From Bradymonadia bacterium (GTDB taxonomy: Bacteria; Myxococcota_A; Bradymonadia; UBA7976; UBA1532), in assembly GCA_046290225.1 (NCBI GenBank), contig JBKAGE010000078.1, positions 448,001-512,000 on the forward strand: a DNA stretch of 64,000 bases. Direction: 5' to 3'. The notes under the pieces were generated by a model. That model worked only from the letters and a program-made list of their open reading frames with translations, did not search any database and had not been told where the DNA came from. This document shows positions 44,619 to 53,422 of this stretch, piece by piece. Both the position numbers and the translations under genes were made by a program. The stretch's first letter is position 1. Every line of letters begins with the position of its first letter.

Positions 44619-44776
44619 GCCCGGGGAGCATACGGATCGCGGCCCCGAGGCTCAAAAGACTTGTGTTTCTGGCCATACCGCTGGAAGGTCTCCCTCATGA
44701 CCTGAACCAGCATGGCCAGAATGGCCGGGATCCCGTTAACCCGGCCCTCGAGCCGTCATCAATCAGGGCGGAGGGA

Positions 44777-46513
44777 ATGAAGGCACAGTTCGGCCGATAC
44801 GTGTTCGTGAAAAAACTCGCCGTGGGCGGTATGGCGGAGATCTTCCTCGCCCGTCGGCTGAGTTTTGGGGGGTTCGCCAAGTTCGTGGTCATCAAGCGGC
44901 TGCTTCCGGAGCACAAGGGCCGCCCGGCCTACGAGAAGCTGTTCCTCACCGAGGCCCGGATCGGCGCGCTGCTCAACCACCCCCACATCGTGAACGTCTA
45001 CGATCTGGGCAAGCTCGACGACATGTACTTCATGGCCATGGAGTACGTGGACGGTCTCAACGCTGCAGAGCTGATGACCCGAGCGGCCCGCCGACAGAAG
45101 GCGATCCCTCTGGGCGTGAGCCTCGGTGTGGTGGCGGCGACGGCCCATGCCCTCGACTTCTCGCACCACACGCCAGCCCTCGATGGCAGCCCGTTGTCGG
45201 TGATCCACAACGATGTGAGCCCCCAGAACATCGAGCTGAGCTTCGACGGTGACGTGAAGCTCCTCGACTTCGGCGTGGCAACACAGCAGGGTCACAAGGC
45301 CCCTGGCGGCCGCCGGGGCAAGTTCGGCTACATGTCACCCGAGGCCATCCTCCGCGAGCCCATCAGCCACCAGAGCGACCTGTTCTCTCTCGGGGTGGTG
45401 CTCTACGAGATGGTCTGCGGCCGGCGCCTCTTCAAGGGTCACAACGGCGAGCAGGCCATGGCCCGGGCGAAGACCAACATGGTGCCCCGGCCCTCCGAGG
45501 TCCGCCCCGACATCTCCGGTCGTCTCGAAGAGATCATCCTCGATCAGCTGCACCTCGACCCCACGTGCCGGGCGCCCAGGGGCCGCATGCTCGCCGAGTC
45601 TCTCGAGAGCCTCGCCGAAGAGCTCGGGTGCGACATGAGCCCCGAAGCCATCCGCGCCTTCCTGCACGATCTCGACAGCGAGGCCATCACCCAGCGACGG
45701 GCCGAGCTCGCCGCCCTCGCCGAGGCCACCGACAAGAAGCGTCGGCGCAGCAAGAAGGCCCGCCCTGCAGAGGCGGCGCCGCAAGCGGCCCCGGAGATCG
45801 GCCTCGAAGAGCCGGAGCTCACCCAGGACACCGAGACCGAGCAGGCTCTGGAAGCGGCGAACCAGGACGCAGAGGCCATCGACGATCCGTCGAAAGCGGC
45901 CCTGCCCATCGATCAGAGCAAGCCGCCGTCAGTCCCGACGAAGCCACCAGAAACGCCCAAGGCACCCCCCTCAGCCCCTGCAGCTGCAGGCCCGCCGCCA
46001 CCACCTTCGAAAACCTCGGAGACACCGGGCATCACGACCTCTGGCGAGTTTGCTCAAGATGTCTTCACGGGCATGTACGACATCCCCACCGAGGCCAACA
46101 AACCCGAAGAAGACGCATGGGACACCCAGTCTTCTCAGGGCAGCGCGCCGCCACCTCCACCTCAGGCCCCGGCACCGCCTCAGAGCAAGACCCCATGGCT
46201 GATCATGGCCGCGGGCATCGTCGTCGCCGCGGCAGGCGCCTTCTTCGTGGGTCAGAAGACCACCCAGAGCGCCACCCAGAGCGTCGCCACCAGCGGTACC
46301 CTCATGGTCACCTCCGATCCTGAAGGGGCGCATGTCTACGACGGCGACACGCTGTTGGGCTTGACCCCGCTCAAGAAGAGCAACCTGCCTTTTGGCAAGC
46401 CACTCAAGCTCAAGATCGACAAAGAGGGCCACACTCCGTGGAACACCTCGGTCACTCTCGACAAGAAAGACCCTCAACAACGGGTCGTGGTCAGACTCTC
46501 CCCCGCCCCCTGA
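44777..46513 (+). CDS. Hanks-type Ser/Thr kinase with Pro-rich linker, TM helix and PEGA domain
   Basis: LAVGGMAEIF, VIK, HNDVSPQN, DFG, GKFGYMSPE; VTSDPEGA..GLTP. Confidence 0.93.
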   Translation: MKAQFGRYVFVKKLAVGGMAEIFLARRLSFGGFAKFVVIKRLLPEHKGRPAYEKLFLTEARIGALLNHPHIVNVYDLGKLDDMYFMAMEYVDGLNAAELMTRAARRQKAIPLGVSLGVVAATAHALDFSHHTPALDGSPLSVIHNDVSPQNIELSFDGDVKLLDFGVATQQGHKAPGGRRGKFGYMSPEAILREPISHQSDLFSLGVVLYEMVCGRRLFKGHNGEQAMARAKTNMVPRPSEVRPDISGRLEEIILDQLHLDPTCRAPRGRMLAESLESLAEELGCDMSPEAIRAFLHDLDSEAITQRRAELAALAEATDKKRRRSKKARPAEAAPQAAPEIGLEEPELTQDTETEQALEAANQDAEAIDDPSKAALPIDQSKPPSVPTKPPETPKAPPSAPAAAGPPPPPSKTSETPGITTSGEFAQDVFTGMYDIPTEANKPEEDAWDTQSSQGSAPPPPPQAPAPPQSKTPWLIMAAGIVVAAAGAFFVGQKTTQSATQSVATSGTLMVTSDPEGAHVYDGDTLLGLTPLKKSNLPFGKPLKLKIDKEGHTPWNTSVTLDKKDPQQRVVVRLSPAP

Positions 46514-46522
46514 ATCAAAGCC

Positions 46523-48226
46523 TCACGGGGTCTCTGATTCGCCGGCCTCGGACAATGATCCCTTCGAGGGTGCCTGGGCATCACCGCCTTGCACTCCAGT
46601 CCACTTCACACCAGCCTTCTGTCTCAAATCAGCGAGAAACCGGCGGGTCTCCGCCTCGCTCACTGGACGATGGGCCAGCTCCTTCTCCAGCTCACCACGG
46701 ACCTCTGCCAGGGGCACAGTGGTGCGGTCCACCAACTTCACGAGGTGGAAGCCCCTGCGGCTCTGCACGAGCCTGATCTGGCCGGCTTTCATCTCCTTGA
46801 GGTTGGCATCCACCTCCGGGCCGAGGAGCCCGGGGCGCCACTGGGGGATCGCGCCCCCCTGCCCTCGAGTGTTGCGATCCTCCGAAGCGGTCTTCGCCAG
46901 AGCCTCGAAGGTGATGTCGCCCTCAGCGAGGCGCTTCATGTACCCCATGGCCTTCTGCTTCGCCTGCTCGGCGATCTTGCCTTTGAGCCTGCGGGACTTC
47001 ACGCGCAGATAGGATGTGCCGACCATGATGTGCCGTACGAGGCGGCGGTCCGCCGAGGGTAGGAAGGTCCGGCTGTCCAGTTTGACAATTTGGTACCCGC
47101 CGTCCACTCGAATCGGTCCGGAGACAGAGCCCACGGTGAGAGTCTCCAACACCGCATCGGTTTCCGGGCCGAGACGCCCGGGGCCGAAGGTGCCCAGATC
47201 TCCGCCCTGCGCTCGGGTACGCATATCATTGGAGTAGCTCTTGGCCTCGGTGGCGAAGTCGCCCCCCTCGGCGAGCCGTCGGACGATCTCCTCGGCGAGG
47301 GCCAGAGCCTGGGTTTGATCGCGCTCGCCAGCCTGCTCGGCGATGAAGATGTAGCTGCCGGTGTAGCGTGCCCCTTTGCGCACCCCTTCGACCTGCACCA
47401 CATGAAAACCCTGCTCTCCTTCGAGGACCGGGGAGATCTCGCCCACGGCGAGGCGGCCCACGAGGTTCTCGAAGGCCTGTCCATATCGACCGTTCCAGTC
47501 ATCGCCGGCCCAACCACCCCGTGGCGCAGTGAAGTCATCGGAGTGTGCCTTGGCGAGGGCGGCGAAGTCGGCACCATCGATGAGACGCTTGCGCAGCTTC
47601 TTGGCCGCCAACCGTGCCTCTCGCTTGATGCTGGCCTGCTCGGCTTTGTGCTGCGCTTCGGTGTACAGGGTGCTGGACTGGATGTGGGTGGTCACCAGAA
47701 TCTGGGCCACCTTCAAGGTCGTGCCTCCGGCCCCATACCGACGTGTGTAGAGTGCCTCAATGTCTTTCTCGGGGATCTGCTTCGCCATGATCTTGCGGGT
47801 GAGCAGTTGCGTCCGCTGGTCCCGGCGACGACCTTCGAGCCAGACATCGTAGGCCCAGCCCTGCTCTGCGAGGTGACTGCGCAGCCGAGCCTCGTCTCCA
47901 CCAAAGCGCCCTTTGAGAATCGACTGCACTTCTCGATCGGCGGCGGCGTTGCACTCTGCATCTGTCACCGAGATGCCCGCCTCTGAGGCTGCCCGCTCTA
48001 CGAGCTGCTTCTCGGCATATCGATTGAAGAACGCAGGGCCTTGCTCGGCGATGAAGGCCTGAACCAGCTCACCCTGTGACACAGGCGCGTCGCCGATGGT
48101 GCCGATCACGGGATCAGATCCGCCCTTGGGTGCGGGGCCGGGGGCATCGCAGGCCATGGCCAGCGAGATCGTACACACGCCGAGGCCGATCTTGAGAGGG
48201 TGAAGCCGTGATCTCAGGGGACGCAT
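46523..48226 (-). CDS. Lipoprotein peptidyl-prolyl isomerase with three parvulin domains
   Basis: Lipobox LAMAC; FAALAKAHSDD, FATEAKSYSND, FEALAKTASED; GFH/GYQ motifs. Confidence 0.88.
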   Translation of the reverse strand: MRPLRSRLHPLKIGLGVCTISLAMACDAPGPAPKGGSDPVIGTIGDAPVSQGELVQAFIAEQGPAFFNRYAEKQLVERAASEAGISVTDAECNAAADREVQSILKGRFGGDEARLRSHLAEQGWAYDVWLEGRRRDQRTQLLTRKIMAKQIPEKDIEALYTRRYGAGGTTLKVAQILVTTHIQSSTLYTEAQHKAEQASIKREARLAAKKLRKRLIDGADFAALAKAHSDDFTAPRGGWAGDDWNGRYGQAFENLVGRLAVGEISPVLEGEQGFHVVQVEGVRKGARYTGSYIFIAEQAGERDQTQALALAEEIVRRLAEGGDFATEAKSYSNDMRTRAQGGDLGTFGPGRLGPETDAVLETLTVGSVSGPIRVDGGYQIVKLDSRTFLPSADRRLVRHIMVGTSYLRVKSRRLKGKIAEQAKQKAMGYMKRLAEGDITFEALAKTASEDRNTRGQGGAIPQWRPGLLGPEVDANLKEMKAGQIRLVQSRRGFHLVKLVDRTTVPLAEVRGELEKELAHRPVSEAETRRFLADLRQKAGVKWTGVQGGDAQAPSKGSLSEAGESETP

Positions 48227-48337
48227 ATCGCTCCTCTTCTAGGGGACCGGAGGATGGTGCGGGGGGCCCCAGCCCCCGTCAAGACTGATGACCGGCCGTG
48301 CCGACAGTCTCCTTTTTCGGAAAATTGAAAAGAAGTG

Positions 48338-48366
48338 TTGACACCCTCAGGGGTCGGCGATAAGTT
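48338..48366 (+). promoter_or_regulatory. Sigma-70 promoter for tRNA-Ala
   Basis: TTGACA-17 nt-TAAGTT, with an A/T-rich upstream tract and a GC-rich discriminator. Confidence 0.8.
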
Positions 48367-48434
48367 CCGCGTCACCTCAACGGGGCACCACCCCAAACGA
48401 GGCAACCCACTCAGCGGTAAGGCCCAATCATTTT

Positions 48435-48507
48435 GGGGCTGTAGCTCAGTTGGGAGAGCACTTGACTGGCAGTCAAGGGGTCAGGGGTTCAAGTCCCCTC
48501 AGCTCCA
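48435..48507 (+). tRNA. tRNA-Ala(GGC); followed by CCC rather than CCA
   Basis: GGGGCTG/CAGCTCC acceptor stem with G3:U70; CTTGA-CT GGC AG-TCAAG; GGTTCAAGTCC. Confidence 0.96.
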
Positions 48508-48527
48508 CCCACCGCTGAAATGTGGTG

Positions 48528-48557
48528 AAAAGGCCGGCAGAAATGCCGGCCTTTTTT
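48528..48557 (+). terminator. Rho-independent terminator, possibly bidirectional
   Basis: AAAAGGCCGGCA-GAAA-TGCCGGCCTTTTTT. Confidence 0.92.
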
Positions 48558-48750
48558 ATTTCCGTGCGCAGTTTTTCATCTCTGTGCGCAGTGTCTCCAT
48601 ACACTGCTTCTCCGCACAACCTGCCTGCCCTCCTTCCTCAAGCCAACGCCCCACGACTGTTTTATCATTGTCGCCGTGTCGCCACGCGAAACACTGCCCA
48701 TCCATGGTACAAACCGCTCGCTCGAAGACACGCCAGAATGGAGGACGTCG

Positions 48751-51700
48751 ATGCGTCGGAGCGTGAACTGGATGTTGGCCGCGGGCCTGTGCTTCGCACT
48801 GGGCTGCGACGATGGTGATGACACCGGAGATGGTGGCGCAGGAGGCGCCGGTGGCGTTGCAGGTGACGGTGGCGCCGGTGGCGTTGCTGGCATGGGCGGC
48901 GACGGCGGTGCTGGCGGTGTAGCCGGTGCTGGTGGCATGGCCGGCATGGGCGGCGCTGGTGGCGTCGCCGGTATGGGTGGTGATGGCGGCGCAGGCGGTA
49001 TGGCCGGCGCCGGTGGCGACGGTGGCGCTGGCGGAATGGCCGGTGCTGGCGGCGACGGCGGCGCAGGTGGCATGGGCGGCGACGGCGGTATGGGCGGTAT
49101 GGGCGGTATGGCTGGTGCCGGCGGCATGGGCGGTGGCGGTGTACCCGATGGCCCCGAGCAGGTCATCTGTGGTGAGCTGCCCGCTGTAGAGGGCGGCACC
49201 TGCGCGGTGACGGCCCCCGGCGGTGACGCCATGCGCATTCGGGGCACCATCCTGGCGCCCTCCACCATCTATGTGGGTGGTGAAGTCGCCGTCGACGGCA
49301 ATGGCGACATCGTGTGTGTCGGCTGTGACTGCGCCGACGCAGTGGCCCAGGCCACGGAGATCACCTGCCCCGACGGTGTCGTGTCCCCGGGCCTCATCAA
49401 CGCCCACGATCACATCTCCTTCACCCAGAACGATCCCGCCATGTGGGGGGACGAGCGCTTCGATCATCGCCACGACTGGCGCCGTGGCCTGCGCGGCCAC
49501 AACGAGATCAACGCCAGCGGCGGCGCGAGCTTCGATCAGCAGGCCTGGGGCGAGCTCCGCCAGCTGATGGGCGGCACCACCAGCATGGCGGGCTCCGGTG
49601 GCTCCCGGGGCCTGGTTCGCAACCTCGACCGCGGCAACCTGCACGAAGGGCTGAACCAGGGTGAGGTCGAATATGAGACCTTCCCCCTCGGTGACACCGG
49701 CGGTCAGCTGCGGGCCATGGGCTGCAACTACCCCGACATCAACAGCCCCAACGTGCTCGAGAACGACAGCTACCTGCCCCACGTGGCCGAGGGCATCGAC
49801 GCCGAGGCCCGCAACGAGTTCCTGTGCTTGAGCAGCGACATGGACGGCGGCGTCGACCTCACCGAGGCCAACAGCGCCTTCGTGCACGCCGTGGGCCTCA
49901 ACGCCCTCGACGGTGACGTGCTGGCCACCGAGGGCACCGCCGTGGTGTGGTCCCCCCGGTCCAACATCTCTCTCTACGGGCACACCGCGCCGGTGACCCA
50001 GTTCGACAACCAGGGCGTGCTCATCGGCCTGGGCACTGACTGGACCCCTTCGGGCAGCATCAACATGAACCGCGAGCTCGCCTGCGCGGCCTTCCTCAAC
50101 GACGTGCACTACGGCGGCCACTTCTCCACCTGGCAGCTCTGGCGCATGGCCACCATCAACAACGCCGCCGCCCTCGCTGTGGACGACGCCATCGGCAGCC
50201 TCTCCGAAGGCCTCGTGGCCGACATCGCCATCTACGACGGCGCCGGTGCTGAAGACCCCTACTCGGTCATCATCGACGCCAACGTCGGCGACGTGAGCCT
50301 CGTGCTCCGCGCCGGTGAGCCCATGTACGGCGATCGGGCCCTGGTTCAGGCCCTCGGCGCCATGGGCTGCGACAACGTCGACGACGTGTGTGGCACCGAC
50401 AAGACCGTCTGCATCGACACCGGGGCCTCCTTCGCGGAGCTCCAGGGGGCCAACAACAACAGCTACGGCCTCTTCTTCTGCGACGTGCCTGCTGGTGAGC
50501 CCACCTGTGAGCCCTCCCGCCCCGGTGAGTTCGGCGGCCCCGAGGCTGACGACACCGACGGCGACGGCGTGCTCAACGGCGACGACAACTGCCCCACGGT
50601 CTTCAACCCGGTGCGGCCCCTCGACGGTGAGACCCAGGGGGACATCGACAACGACAGTGTCGGTGACGCCTGTGATGTCTGCCCCCTCGATCCCGACACC
50701 GACGACTGCTCCCCCTTCGATCCCCTCGATCGCGATCGCGACGGCACCCCCAACGATCAGGACAACTGCCCCGCGGTGCCCAACGCCGATCAGGCCGATG
50801 CTGATGAAGACGGTGTCGGCGATCTCTGCGATCTCTGCCCCGAAGACGCCAACCCCAACGGCGCCGCCTGCCCCTTCTCCATCTACACCGTGAAGCGCGG
50901 CGAGATCCCCGAGGGCACTGACGTGCGCATCAGCGGGGTGGTCACCGCCGTAGCCGGCACCCAGGCCATCTTCGTGCAGATCCCCGAGGATGCCCCTGGC
51001 TACGACGGCGCTGACTACTCCGGTATCTACATCTTCATGGGCAATGCCGCCGACGAGGTGGCTTTCCCCGCCGTCGGTGACGCCATCGTGCTCGATGCCA
51101 CCTACAGCGTCTTCTTCGACCAGCGCCAGCTCAACGGCGTTCGCGCCATCTCCGTGGAGAGCAGTGAGAACGCCCTGCCCGCCGCCGAGACCGTCGCCGC
51201 CGCTGATGTGGCCACCAACGGCCCCCGGGCCGAGGCCCTCGAGGGTGTACGGGTAGAGGTCCTCGGTGCCTCTGTCACCGCCGTCAACCCCCCTGCTGGC
51301 CCCGGCGATCAGGATCCCAACAACGAGTTCGTGCTCGACGAGGCCCTGCGCGTGAACGATCTCATCTTCACCGTGGAGCCCTTCCCCACCGTCGGTGAGC
51401 GCCTCGAGCGCGTCGCCGGGGTGCTCCGCTTCGCCAACGGCGACAGCAAGCTCGAGCCCACTGGGCCCCAGGACATCGGCCGTGGCCTCCCCGAGGTGGC
51501 CAGCGTCGGTCCCAACGACACCTTCCTCCGCGTGGACGAGACCGCAGCGCCTCTGAACGCCGAAGGCATGATGCTGCAGGTGGTGCTCACGGGCCCCGCC
51601 GGTGAAGGCGGCCAGGTGATCGGCCTCCGCAGCGATGACATGGGCGTACTCACCGTGCCTGCCGAGGTGACGGTGCCCGCCGGCGAGCTCACTGCCCCCG

Positions 51701-52590
51701 TGGTGGTCACGGGCGTCTCCGTAGGCCAGACCGACGTCATCGCCTCGATCCCCGAGCGTGGCGAAGCCAGGGCCACCGTGCAGGTGCTCGCCGCCGACGC
51801 CGGCCCCTCCACCCTCAACATCGATCCCCCGAACATCATCCTCGCCGTGGGTGAGGTGGCTACGGTGACGGCCTTCGTGGACGTGCCTGCTGGCGAAGAG
51901 GGCTACAGCCTGGCCCTGGCCTCCGAAGGCGCCGCCTCTGCTGCGCCGAGCGTACTGATCGACCCCGGCGCCCAGTCCGCCACCTTCGAGATCACCGCAG
52001 CCATGGCCCCGGGTCAGGGCGCCGTCGTCGCCACCTTCGGCGAGCTGTCGGCCCGCGTTGAGGTCGAGGTGGTCGAGTCCGTGGGTACGCTGGTGATCAA
52101 CGAGATCGACTATGACCAGCCCGGCGCAGACAACGGCGAGTTCCTGGAGATCTACAACGGCACCGCTCAGCCTGTGGCCCTTGCTGGCCTCACCGTGGAG
52201 ACCGTGAACGGCAACGGGAACTCGGTGTACGGCAGCTTCGACCTGTCGACGGCGGGCGCTGAGCTCCCCGCTGGGGGCTACCTCGTCATCGGTGTGCCTG
52301 CGATCATCAACGCCGTGCCCGAAGGTGTACTCACCATCGAGGCCGGGGTGAACTTCCTGCAGAACGGCGCCCCTGACGGTGTGCGCCTGCTCCGCAACGA
52401 GGGCGGCGAGCTCATCGACGGTGTGGCCTACGAGGGTGAGATGGCCGGTACCGGTGAGGGCGCGTCCCTCCCTGGCGAGAACGGCGAGAACGGGTACTCC
52501 CGCTGCGCCAACGGCGCTGACACCGACGACAACGCCGCCGACTTCGCCGAGGCAGCCCTCACGCCTGGTGCCGAGAACAACTGCCCCTGA
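48751..52590 (+). CDS. Lipoprotein: amidohydrolase domain + TSP3 repeats + OB-fold-like + Ig-like + lamin-tail domain
   Basis: GGAGG RBS; lipobox ALGC; PGLINAHDH, HVAEG, HAVG, GTDW; DGDG..DNCP; LVINEIDYD..EFLEIYN; TPGAEN. Confidence 0.88.
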   Translation: MRRSVNWMLAAGLCFALGCDDGDDTGDGGAGGAGGVAGDGGAGGVAGMGGDGGAGGVAGAGGMAGMGGAGGVAGMGGDGGAGGMAGAGGDGGAGGMAGAGGDGGAGGMGGDGGMGGMGGMAGAGGMGGGGVPDGPEQVICGELPAVEGGTCAVTAPGGDAMRIRGTILAPSTIYVGGEVAVDGNGDIVCVGCDCADAVAQATEITCPDGVVSPGLINAHDHISFTQNDPAMWGDERFDHRHDWRRGLRGHNEINASGGASFDQQAWGELRQLMGGTTSMAGSGGSRGLVRNLDRGNLHEGLNQGEVEYETFPLGDTGGQLRAMGCNYPDINSPNVLENDSYLPHVAEGIDAEARNEFLCLSSDMDGGVDLTEANSAFVHAVGLNALDGDVLATEGTAVVWSPRSNISLYGHTAPVTQFDNQGVLIGLGTDWTPSGSINMNRELACAAFLNDVHYGGHFSTWQLWRMATINNAAALAVDDAIGSLSEGLVADIAIYDGAGAEDPYSVIIDANVGDVSLVLRAGEPMYGDRALVQALGAMGCDNVDDVCGTDKTVCIDTGASFAELQGANNNSYGLFFCDVPAGEPTCEPSRPGEFGGPEADDTDGDGVLNGDDNCPTVFNPVRPLDGETQGDIDNDSVGDACDVCPLDPDTDDCSPFDPLDRDRDGTPNDQDNCPAVPNADQADADEDGVGDLCDLCPEDANPNGAACPFSIYTVKRGEIPEGTDVRISGVVTAVAGTQAIFVQIPEDAPGYDGADYSGIYIFMGNAADEVAFPAVGDAIVLDATYSVFFDQRQLNGVRAISVESSENALPAAETVAAADVATNGPRAEALEGVRVEVLGASVTAVNPPAGPGDQDPNNEFVLDEALRVNDLIFTVEPFPTVGERLERVAGVLRFANGDSKLEPTGPQDIGRGLPEVASVGPNDTFLRVDETAAPLNAEGMMLQVVLTGPAGEGGQVIGLRSDDMGVLTVPAEVTVPAGELTAPVVVTGVSVGQTDVIASIPERGEARATVQVLAADAGPSTLNIDPPNIILAVGEVATVTAFVDVPAGEEGYSLALASEGAASAAPSVLIDPGAQSATFEITAAMAPGQGAVVATFGELSARVEVEVVESVGTLVINEIDYDQPGADNGEFLEIYNGTAQPVALAGLTVETVNGNGNSVYGSFDLSTAGAELPAGGYLVIGVPAIINAVPEGVLTIEAGVNFLQNGAPDGVRLLRNEGGELIDGVAYEGEMAGTGEGASLPGENGENGYSRCANGADTDDNAADFAEAALTPGAENNCP
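48830..49140 (+). repeat. Low-complexity Gly/Ala/Met tandem linker (GGAGGMAGAGGD-type units)
   Basis: Directly visible in both DNA and protein. Confidence 0.9.
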
Positions 52591-52626
52591 TGTACCGAGC
52601 GCCCCCTATGGGGCGTCCCCCCTGCT

Positions 52627-53346
52627 TTACAGAGGCACGTCCAACGCCTCGTAGTATCTGAACACCCCATCCTCGTTGAACGGTAGACGTCGCTCGCTCT
52701 GCAAGTACGCCTGTACCCTCGGCCGTGACTCTATCCGAGCCTTGAGCACCTCCAGGTGGGGATACTCACCCTCGAGCTGAGACATGGCTTTGGGGAACGC
52801 ATAGCCCAGCCCGCACAGCAGATGGAACACCGAGAGATCCACGTAGGTGTGTGCTCCACCGACGGTAAAGCCCCCTGCCACGGTGCATGCCTCGAGGTGG
52901 GCGAGGTACTTCCTCAGGCGATGTTGGACGAAGCCATTTGCGGCGATGATGGCCACATCTTTCTGATCTTCGTAGTAAAGCGAGGTGCTCACGGGGTGAT
53001 GAGTGTTGTGCGCTTCGGCGGTGACGTCCATCACCGTGAGCTGTAGTTGGTTGGCCCGCAGACGTGCGGCCTCGTTCTCAGGCACGAGGCCCAACCGCGG
53101 CGCCAGATACATGAGGATGTTGCTCGTCTGAGAGATGAGCAGCTCACCCACCCTCAGGATCGGCGGCGCGTACACCCCCTGAACATCGTCACGCTGCATA
53201 AACTCGATCACCGCCTGAGGCCCCTGACCTCGGGCGAGATCGACATAGGCGGCACCAGCATCCTCGAGGGCGAGGCGGACGAACTCTCCCCGCCCCTGAA
53301 GGACAGGCCAATACATCAATTCGTAGGGGGCGTCAGCTGCGGTCAT
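52627..53346 (-). CDS. Glutathione S-transferase
   Basis: YELMYWP..QGRGEFVRLALE, APPIL..ISQT, TYVDLS. Confidence 0.92.
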   Translation of the reverse strand: MTAADAPYELMYWPVLQGRGEFVRLALEDAGAAYVDLARGQGPQAVIEFMQRDDVQGVYAPPILRVGELLISQTSNILMYLAPRLGLVPENEAARLRANQLQLTVMDVTAEAHNTHHPVSTSLYYEDQKDVAIIAANGFVQHRLRKYLAHLEACTVAGGFTVGGAHTYVDLSVFHLLCGLGYAFPKAMSQLEGEYPHLEVLKARIESRPRVQAYLQSERRLPFNEDGVFRYYEALDVPL

Positions 53347-53422
53347 GGATGGCCTCATAGTGATGAGACCTCAACTGACCGCGCTCAGCGCGGATTGGCA
53401 AGAGGAGAGATGCTGAAGAGGC

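Noticed and set aside
48435..48560. tRNA genes as island integration sites
   Set aside because: No integrase, and no duplicated tRNA 3' end noticed for either tRNA
52601..52614. Hairpin GCCCC-CTAT-GGGGC between convergent genes
   Set aside because: Short stem without a U-tract; cannot support a terminator call
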